Source of the DNA: a virus
Virus record (IMG/VR): IMGVR_UViG_3300010885_057925
Coordinates: 96,001-160,000 of that record
Reading direction: 5' to 3' (one strand)
Length of the DNA: 64,000 nucleotides
Both the position numbers and the translations under genes were made by a program. The notes beneath the pieces were generated by a model, which was not told where the DNA came from, did no database searches, and saw nothing but the letters and a program-made list of their open reading frames with translations. Each line of letters begins with the position of its first letter. Position 1 is the first letter of the stretch. This document shows positions 58,047 to 64,000 of the stretch, piece by piece.

Positions 58047-59036
58047 TCAGAAGTTCTTCGGATTTCCCTTGGTCGAACCGAGGAACAACACGATATCGTT
58101 CACTTGCTCCGGTGTGAGCGCCTTCCCAAGCTGGTGCTTGCCCATCATGTAGACCGCCGCTCCCAAGCTCTCGGAGGATGCATCATGAAAGTACGGAGCA
58201 GTTTCAGTCGAGTTACGAAGCGAAGGAACCTTGAACACCATTCGATCGCTCTCCTGACCAGTCACTGCGAAGCGCCCCTGGTCGGCCTGGTTCGGCCACG
58301 GCTCCACAACTCCGAGCTTCATGAATGAGCCGCCACCGAGAAGCGTACCATTATGGCAGGCTGCGCAACCAGCTTCCATGAAGGTGTTGAGACCGCGCTT
58401 CTGATTATCATCAAGCGCAGAATCGTCGCCCTTCAAAAAATCATCCCACCTGGAATGGGCGACCAGAGTTCGCTCGTAAGCTCCGATCGCGACTCCGACA
58501 TTCTCGAAGCTGAGCGGATCCTTGACACCGGGGAAAGCCTGGGAGAACGCAACAACGTAGGTCGGATCATTCTTTAGGACCTCCACGACAGTCTCAGCGT
58601 CCGGCATCGCCATCTCACCTGCCGCGAGGATGGGACCAAGCGCCTGCTCCTCCACCGTCTTCGCTCGGCCATCCCAGAACTGGGCAACCTGACCTGCAGC
58701 GTTGAAGACAGTCGGAGAGTTACGACTTACAGGGACCATCTTGTGTCCGGGCGAGAAGCTGTGCTCATCCGCCCCATCCTTCGCCACGTTATGACAGGTA
58801 GAGCATGACATGTTGGCGTCAGCAGAGAGCTGGGTCTCGAAGAAGAGTCGACGTCCGAGCGCGATACGCTCTGCGGATGGCTCATTACCTGCGACAAAGA
58901 AATTTTCCAGGAGAGGCTGGAAAGCCCCAAGCTTCGTGCGATCGACCGTCACCGCGTCTGTGGTCTGTGGGTTGACGATCTCCTTGACCGGCTGATCGTT
59001 GTTGCATGCGATGAGAAAGGAGAGTAGGGCGATCAT
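58047..59036 (-). CDS. Di-haem cytochrome c peroxidase (CcpA/MauG family), lipoprotein
   Basis: Lipobox LIAC, haem motifs CSTCH and CAACH, RNSPTVFNA, QFWDGRA, FKVPSLRN and APYFHD. Confidence 0.95.
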   Translation of the reverse strand: MIALLSFLIACNNDQPVKEIVNPQTTDAVTVDRTKLGAFQPLLENFFVAGNEPSAERIALGRRLFFETQLSADANMSCSTCHNVAKDGADEHSFSPGHKMVPVSRNSPTVFNAAGQVAQFWDGRAKTVEEQALGPILAAGEMAMPDAETVVEVLKNDPTYVVAFSQAFPGVKDPLSFENVGVAIGAYERTLVAHSRWDDFLKGDDSALDDNQKRGLNTFMEAGCAACHNGTLLGGGSFMKLGVVEPWPNQADQGRFAVTGQESDRMVFKVPSLRNSTETAPYFHDASSESLGAAVYMMGKHQLGKALTPEQVNDIVLFLGSTKGNPKNF

Positions 59037-59073
59037 TTCGTGTCCTCTTTTGCTGTTGTTGATTGGCTTAAAA

Positions 59074-59103
59074 AGCCGGCATCTAAATTAATAGATGCCG
59101 GCT
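59074..59103 (-). terminator. Intrinsic terminator after tRNA-Thr
   Basis: AGCCGGCATCTA-N6-TAGATGCCGGCT followed by a T-tract on the minus strand. Confidence 0.75.
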
Positions 59104-59106
59104 CCG

Positions 59107-59180
59107 TGGTGCCCCCTGTCGGAATCGAACCAACAAAGCCTGATTACAAAACAGGTATTTTGCCATTAAATTAAGGGGGC
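59107..59180 (-). tRNA. tRNA-Thr(TGT)
   Basis: CCTG(T)-TT TGT AA-(T)CAGG with U31:U39 mismatch, CCA. Confidence 0.85.
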
Positions 59181-59184
59181 AAGA

Positions 59185-59276
59185 TGGCGGCGGGTGAGGG
59201 ACTCGAACCCCCGGACCCCTTTCGAGGCTCATCCGCTTTCAAGGCGGCGCCGTTATGACCACTTCGGTAACCCGCC
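59185..59276 (-). tRNA. tRNA-Ser(TGA)
   Basis: CCGC-CT TGA AA-GCGG, long variable arm, G73, CCA. Confidence 0.92.
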
Positions 59277-59963
59277 AGTTTCTAGATTGATTATATCAGA
59301 TTCGCGTAAGATTACAAGTTTATGTGGAAAGTTTTTCCATTTTGATTTGTCACGCTCAGTGACGTATCCCTTAACTTCAATAAACATGTTATTGATTTTG
59401 AAGTCTGGAATATAGTAATGAAATTCTCCGTGATGTTCATAAAGAAATTTATCTTTATTTCGTTCCCATTGAATGTTCATCGAATCCATGCAGCTAGCAA
59501 ACCTAAACTCAAGTGTTGAGTCAAGATACACTTTACCTGCGATGGGAGAATCATACCATCCTCCCTTTCCAACCCCAGAACCTCTGCGATACCCACCAGC
59601 TTGTGGGTTCTTTTTCATTTTCTCTGATATTTTACGACGTCTCTCATTTTCAATTTCTGAAGAATTCGCTTTCCACTTTCTTCCCTTGAGAGATTCGGAC
59701 AATTTTGCTTTTGTTTCTTCGCTTGATTTTTTTCCTTTATTCCACCCGCCTCTTCCACGTCCCGTAAACGTAGCTCTCTTGTGAGCCCCTGCTCCCATTC
59801 CGTCACATATTTCTACGTGACGCTCTCTTTGAGAATGAATGTGATGTCCGCATTTTGGACATGCCCAACGAGGCGGTGGGGTCGTTCCATCACAAGATTT
59901 TCTGTGATTTCCGTGACCAGCATTATTGACAAACTCACGATTACATTTACCGCATGTTACCAT
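59253..59963 (-). CDS. Free-standing homing-type endonuclease (Zn fingers + NUMOD3 + PD-(D/E)XK)
   Basis: Two CxxC...H...C fingers, WNKGKKSSEETKAKLSESLKG (NUMOD3) and YIPDF...IEVKG. Confidence 0.8.
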   Translation of the reverse strand: MVTCGKCNREFVNNAGHGNHRKSCDGTTPPPRWACPKCGHHIHSQRERHVEICDGMGAGAHKRATFTGRGRGGWNKGKKSSEETKAKLSESLKGRKWKANSSEIENERRRKISEKMKKNPQAGGYRRGSGVGKGGWYDSPIAGKVYLDSTLEFRFASCMDSMNIQWERNKDKFLYEHHGEFHYYIPDFKINNMFIEVKGYVTERDKSKWKNFPHKLVILRESDIINLETGGLPKWS

Positions 59964-59969
59964 GCTAGC

Positions 59970-59976
59970 TAAGTAT
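59970..59976 (-). promoter_or_regulatory. ATANTTA putative late promoter
   Basis: ATACTTA 6 nt before the endonuclease ATG. Confidence 0.5.
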
Positions 59977-60018
59977 GCGCCCAGCGGTTAATCGCGCTTG
60001 TCTTATTTATCTTAAAAT

Positions 60019-60105
60019 TGGTACCGGAAGCGGGACTCGAACCCGCACGTTCTCTATGAACGGAAGATTTTGAGTCTTCTGCGTCTACCGTTCCGCCATT
60101 CCGGT
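60019..60105 (-). tRNA. tRNA-Leu(CAA)
   Basis: GAAGA-CT CAA AA-TCTTC, long variable arm, CCA. Confidence 0.95.
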
Positions 60106-60112
60106 AATTGTA

Positions 60113-60466
60113 TCAGAGCTTCATGGTCTCCCAATCACCGTCCCAGTTTGTGTATCGGACTGCTTTCACGCCCTTGATTCTCAGGAAGTTCTGGCAGTGA
60201 ACGCACGGTTTTGCCATTGTGAGTGTTCCATCTTTGAAGCACCTCATAACGTGAATACGCTCTGGAATATCCTGAAGCTTAAGAATCAGGTCAACTTCGG
60301 CGTGGATACCGTAGTGTGTATCGGGACTGTTGGCGTAGCGCTTGCGAAACTTTGCAGTCTTACGCCGCTCAGAATTAACTCCGATGGTGCCTTTCTTGTT
60401 GACGTAGGCAGCAACGTGGAAGATCTCGTTGTTGTTAAGCGCCCTGTTCTTCGCTTCGTAGTACAC
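60113..60466 (-). CDS. Zn-dependent cytidine/dCMP deaminase-fold protein
   Basis: IHAEVD...AKPCVHC. Start moved to GTG 60466 because the longer ORF runs through tRNA-Gln. Confidence 0.8.
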   Translation of the reverse strand: MYYEAKNRALNNNEIFHVAAYVNKKGTIGVNSERRKTAKFRKRYANSPDTHYGIHAEVDLILKLQDIPERIHVMRCFKDGTLTMAKPCVHCQNFLRIKGVKAVRYTNWDGDWETMKL

Positions 60467-60540
60467 TAGACATAACGTCCATACCCTCCATACATCATGA
60501 TAATACCACATCACGGGTGGGTTTGCACAATTCAAGTGGG

Positions 60541-60616
60541 TGGTTGGGGAGGAAGGACTCGAACCTTCAACATACGGAGTCAGAGTCCGTTGTTCTACCA
60601 ATTGAACTACTCCCCA
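60541..60616 (-). tRNA. tRNA-Gln(CTG)
   Basis: ACGGA-CT CTG AC-TCCGT, CCA. Confidence 0.95.
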
Positions 60617-60705
60617 GCGGAGCACGTGCTCTCCGTGCGGTCACACCACTGGCTATGATCACTTGCCCCGCAGGTGGCGCGGATTCCATTGCGTGGAAGA
60701 AAGTA

Positions 60706-60792
60706 CGGAGACGGAGAGATTCGAACTCTCGGTTCCCTTTCGGAAACACACGCTTTCCAAGCGTGCACCATCGGCCACTCGGTCACGTCTCC
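60706..60792 (-). tRNA. tRNA-Ser(GGA), CCA not encoded
   Basis: CACGC-TT GGA AA-GCGTG, long variable arm. Confidence 0.93.
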
Positions 60793-60805
60793 CTTTACTT
60801 TTTAA

Positions 60806-60881
60806 TGGTGGAGGATATCGGGTTCGAACCGATGACCCTCGGCTTGCAAAGCCGATGCTCTCCCAACTGAGCTAATCCCCC
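60806..60881 (-). tRNA. tRNA-Ala(TGC)
   Basis: TCGGC-TT TGC AA-GCCGA, G3:U70, CCA. Confidence 0.96.
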
Positions 60882-61019
60882 GTTGTGATCTTAAATATGC
60901 AACTCTATCTTCTTCGATTAGCGAATCGAAAAATATTGTGAATGACTCTGATAATTTGATAAACCAGCGTGATCAGCCTCATGTACTTATGTTAATCTAC
61001 CGCTAGCAATTTTGCATGA

Positions 61020-63221
61020 TTATTTCAATTTTAGTAGCTTGATCAGCAGCGCCTCGTAGAGTGATGACTGCTCAACGCTCCTGTCATCGATGCTCGTGAG
61101 GTAGGCTGACATCTCTGACTGAAATTCTGAGACGGCAGCGCTTAGCTTCATGATCTGCGATTTTGCGAACTCGTACTTGATCCGCTTGGACTCGCGCGTA
61201 CGAGTCTCGTTAGAAGCATCCGACCTCTTAATTTCTCCAAGCTTATCATACAGCTCGCTCAACCCGACCTCAGAAGCATTAGAGATCGCTTTTTTGTATT
61301 TCCTGTTGATCGCTTCCATCTGCTGACGCTGCTCAGCTGGCACCGATGTCAACCATCCAGGAACGAAATCACTCTGAAAGAACGAGTCGAAATCGACGTC
61401 TAGATATCCATCGTTCTGCCTGAACACCTCAGGACTGTCACCGACCAAGTCCCTGTAGAGACCGATCTTTGACATCGCTCCGGACACGATATCTTGCAGC
61501 TGTTCGGAAAGATCTTCGACACCGCCGAGCTTTGCTTTTAGATCTTTGACGCGTGGCCGGTTTAGGTTCTTCTTGTCAAGGACCTTCAGCCGTTCAGCCC
61601 CAGCGCTCTCCCTCTCCTTCCTCTTTTCGACCGCGTATCTGAGACGTAGGACGTCGATCAGCCGCTTCTCACCGTGCTCAGGGTCTAGTATCGTGTAATC
61701 GCTGCCGAGCTCCTTTATCACAGGCACGACGAGCTGTGTGAAGCGTTCAAGCGGCACCGAGCTGTGAAGGAACGCTGAACCCGATAGCATCACGAGAAAT
61801 TTTGCTGCCTCGATGTCCTGCGACACGATGCTGCCCTTCACGCTGGCGAAGAATGATTCGCAGAGCTTGATCGCAAACTTTGCTGCGATCGGATCCGGAC
61901 CTGTGACGTAGAGCCTCCCGAGGAATCTCTCCATCCAGCTGAACTTACCACCTGAACTATTAACGAGAGCATCGATGATGGATTCATTGCCAGCGAGATC
62001 GTAGGTGACAGCGATCTTGTACGGAAGGACAGCGTCAATTTTACCGGAGCTGCTCACGAACCAGGACACAATCTCGGAGATATCATCACGCAACCCGAGC
62101 TTATCAATCGTACCCCTCAGTTTGCTTCCGAATATCCTGTGGTTACGACCGGCAATCTCTATGAGATCGAACGCCGTAGTCCTTTTATCCGGCGTCGTCT
62201 TGAATTTGCGGATCTTGATCCTGATGTCATCGACGGTGTCATTGATCTTGCTCTCAAGCTGTTGCTTGCTGTAAGTTGAATAGTTGGGTTGCTTCTGAAA
62301 GGCATTGTTGAACTGGCGCATCTCATCTATGATGGATGTGTCCATGACAGCGATCTGCTGGGGTTCATTACTGTGGACAAGACCCTCGCCCGCATCGTCA
62401 ACAAGCGCTTTGATTCCGACCATGATGAGGAGCCTTCTCCAAACAGAGATATCAGAGCTCTTCACTCGCGAGTCTGTGTCCGCTGCAGTGTCGAAATCTG
62501 CAGCAACTTTCATGCTTGAGAGCGCCCGTGAGAGCGTCCAGATGATCTGCAGTCTTCCGAGGTTAGATATCGAGCTTGAGTTCTTCGGTGACGTGTCATT
62601 GACACCGAAGACTTTATTGTGCCGTCCGGCCTGAACCAGCATCGACATGAATGATCTTTCTGGATTAACGTCCTTGCTGTTCTGCTTGAACCACCCAAGA
62701 AGCTTGTCGATGGCTGCCCTGTAGGTGGCGTCGTCCATTCCTGTCGATGTCTGGAACACGCCTGACATATCGTTGAAGCTGAAGAAGTTGATGTAAGGAG
62801 CTTCGGCAACGAACGGAAGCTGGTAAGTTACCTCGGCGTACGGGCTCAGTTGGTCCGCAATCTCAGGCATCTCGAGTCCCATCTGCATGTAGCGCCCTCT
62901 CGTGAGATGCATGATCATCTCCGGAGTGACAGGATACGCGTACAGGGCGAGCGGAGTATCGAACGGCGACGCTGGATTGATCCCGACCTTCTGGATCGAG
63001 GTCATGGTGAAGCCGTACCTCACCCGATCGCCGGCGCTCCTGCGAGCGAGATCGAGTCCGAACTGTGCGATCTGCTTCTCGGTGTCCTGCCGTCCTGATT
63101 TCGTGACGGGAGCGTCAGGTTCATCAGCAGCGCTGAGAGCAGCTCGCGTGGAAGCGCGGCGGGCACGGGACGACTCCTCGAGCTCTTGATGCACGATCTG
63201 CCTGATAAGTCTTCGATTCAT
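61020..63221 (-). CDS. Large hypothetical protein (possible ART-like N-terminal domain, putative internal virion protein)
   Basis: 733 aa. N-terminal RRLIRQIVHQELEE motif, ATAATTA 5 nt upstream. Confidence 0.6.
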   Translation of the reverse strand: MNRRLIRQIVHQELEESSRARRASTRAALSAADEPDAPVTKSGRQDTEKQIAQFGLDLARRSAGDRVRYGFTMTSIQKVGINPASPFDTPLALYAYPVTPEMIMHLTRGRYMQMGLEMPEIADQLSPYAEVTYQLPFVAEAPYINFFSFNDMSGVFQTSTGMDDATYRAAIDKLLGWFKQNSKDVNPERSFMSMLVQAGRHNKVFGVNDTSPKNSSSISNLGRLQIIWTLSRALSSMKVAADFDTAADTDSRVKSSDISVWRRLLIMVGIKALVDDAGEGLVHSNEPQQIAVMDTSIIDEMRQFNNAFQKQPNYSTYSKQQLESKINDTVDDIRIKIRKFKTTPDKRTTAFDLIEIAGRNHRIFGSKLRGTIDKLGLRDDISEIVSWFVSSSGKIDAVLPYKIAVTYDLAGNESIIDALVNSSGGKFSWMERFLGRLYVTGPDPIAAKFAIKLCESFFASVKGSIVSQDIEAAKFLVMLSGSAFLHSSVPLERFTQLVVPVIKELGSDYTILDPEHGEKRLIDVLRLRYAVEKRKERESAGAERLKVLDKKNLNRPRVKDLKAKLGGVEDLSEQLQDIVSGAMSKIGLYRDLVGDSPEVFRQNDGYLDVDFDSFFQSDFVPGWLTSVPAEQRQQMEAINRKYKKAISNASEVGLSELYDKLGEIKRSDASNETRTRESKRIKYEFAKSQIMKLSAAVSEFQSEMSAYLTSIDDRSVEQSSLYEALLIKLLKLK

Positions 63222-63226
63222 GATGG

Positions 63227-63233
63227 TAATTAT
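63227..63233 (-). promoter_or_regulatory. ATANTTA putative late promoter
   Basis: ATAATTA 5 nt before ATG 63221, directly after a terminator. Confidence 0.5.
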
Positions 63234-63240
63234 ACGAGAA

Positions 63241-63270
63241 AACGCCGTTAGGCGATTACCTAACGGCGTT
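63241..63270 (-). terminator. Intrinsic terminator after the tRNA block
   Basis: AACGCCGTTAGG-N6-CCTAACGGCGTT followed by TTCT. Confidence 0.75.
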
Positions 63271-63283
63271 CTTGTCTATCATC

Positions 63284-63359
63284 TGGTGGACCGGGTGGGG
63301 GACGATCCCACGACCTGCGGATTAAGAGTCCGACGCTCTACCAGCTGAGCTACCGGTCC
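63284..63359 (-). tRNA. tRNA-Lys(CTT), atypical T-loop ATCGTCC
   Basis: CGGA-CT CTT AA-TCCG, CCA. Confidence 0.92.
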
Positions 63360-63363
63360 AAGA

Positions 63364-63439
63364 TGGTGGCACTAACTTGATTCGAACAAGTGACCGAGCG
63401 TGTATGAAACGCTTGCTCTACCGACTGAGCTATAGTGCC
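63364..63439 (-). tRNA. tRNA with CAT anticodon (elongator Met or Ile2)
   Basis: AGCGT-TT CAT AC-ACGCT. G1-C72 is paired, so it is not an initiator. CCA. Confidence 0.88.
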
Positions 63440-63443
63440 GAAA

Positions 63444-63520
63444 TGGTAGGCTCGGTCGGAGTCGAACCGACGACCTCCTCCGTATCAGAGAGGCGCTCTA
63501 ACCAACTGAGCTACGAGCCT
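63444..63520 (-). tRNA. tRNA-Ile(GAT)
   Basis: CCTCT-CT GAT AC-GGAGG, CCA. Confidence 0.95.
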
Positions 63521-63533
63521 GTGCATTTATATA

Positions 63534-63609
63534 TGGTGGCTTCGGGCGGGATTGAACCGCCGACACACGGATTTTCAATCCGTTGCTCTACCAGCTGAGC
63601 TACAAAGCC
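63534..63609 (-). tRNA. tRNA-Phe(GAA)
   Basis: ACGGA-TT GAA AA-TCCGT, CCA. Confidence 0.96.
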
Positions 63610-63630
63610 GAAGTTCTTCTCAAGTAACTA

Positions 63631-63954
63631 TCAACCGGCTGAAGTGTCACCACTTCCGGTGTCGCCAGAAGTACCAGTGTCGGTTGCGCCCGTGTCGGTA
63701 CCGGTATCCACGGGAGTCGAGGTATCAGCACCGGTGTCAGACCCCGTATCCGTGCCAGTGTCCACAGGGAGAGAAGTGTCCGCGGTATCGCCGCCACTCG
63801 TATCGGCAGTGTCCGCAGGGTCGGTGCCGCCGGTATCAGCAGCCGTGTCCTGGGTCGAGGTGTCACCAGGGCACTCGGTGACCTTGTCATCCTTATCGTC
63901 GTCACCGCATGCTGCAAGAAAGAGGAGCGGAAGGGCGAGAAGTACGTTACGCAT
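63631..63954 (-). CDS. Lipoprotein with Asp-Thr-rich low-complexity tail
   Basis: Lipobox LAAC, about 16 DT repeats (DTG/DTA/DTS), AAAGGA SD. Confidence 0.8.
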   Translation of the reverse strand: MRNVLLALPLLFLAACGDDDKDDKVTECPGDTSTQDTAADTGGTDPADTADTSGGDTADTSLPVDTGTDTGSDTGADTSTPVDTGTDTGATDTGTSGDTGSGDTSAG

Positions 63955-64000
63955 TGATTTTCCTTTGTTGAAATGCCCCGTGTGGGCGTTGTTGGGAATG

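Noticed and set aside
52456-63598. ORFs overlapping tRNA genes (52456-52647, 59194-59415, 60517-60870, 60567-60749, 60663-60875, 63377-63598)
   Set aside because: These are translations of tRNA sequence. The cloverleaf structures explain the DNA.
2393-63917. Numerous antisense or alternate-frame ORFs (e.g. 5492-6019, 10409-11038, 28187-28768, 44704-45177, 56585-57370, 57909-58328, 63600-63917)
   Set aside because: They are shadows of well-supported genes and carry no motifs of their own.
1-64000. Alternative genetic code (stop-codon reassignment)
   Set aside because: TAA, TAG and TGA all terminate full-length conserved genes, and coding density is high under code 11. Only one internal stop was found.

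Overview
This window is a segment of a large contractile-tailed (myovirus-like, probably jumbo) phage genome, transcribed almost entirely from the minus strand. It lacks the core bacterial genes (ribosomal proteins, rRNA) and has no CRISPR array. Layout from left to right: (i) 1-7.9 kb, baseplate/structural genes (LamG-domain protein, gp6-like wedge, gp25-like, hub/spike-like) and a gp55-like sigma factor. (ii) 7.9-27.9 kb, a ~20 kb sugar-nucleotide and glycosyltransferase island (glf, gmd, fcl, Ugd-like, epimerase, a dehydratase/ACP/acyl-ligase/ketoreductase/LpxA-like/DegT module and about 8 glycosyltransferase-like genes) with no export or polymerase genes. (iii) 28-35 kb, three modular Ser/Thr/Gly-rich fibre-like proteins. 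(iv) 35-48 kb, PIN-PhoH, a stand-alone sigma region-4 protein, an Hc1-like protein, a degenerate chaperonin, a YeaH-SpoVR-PrkA module (PrkA has an in-frame TAA near its end), NUDIX, cupin, cytidylyltransferase and DinG-like helicase. (v) 48-64 kb, 14 tRNA genes interspersed with lipoproteins, a kinase, an acyl-CoA dehydrogenase, a di-haem cytochrome c peroxidase, a homing-type endonuclease and a deaminase. The most notable signals are: a putative virion-glycosylation system with an ACP-dependent acyl-aminosugar pathway; a recurrent ATANTTA putative late promoter; a shared N-terminal [LI]-R-x-[LI]-[IV] helix on unrelated proteins (possible capsid-packaging tag); and two tRNA-Lys genes with a swapped A54:U58 T-loop. 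All family assignments come from motif recognition by eye, not from database searches.
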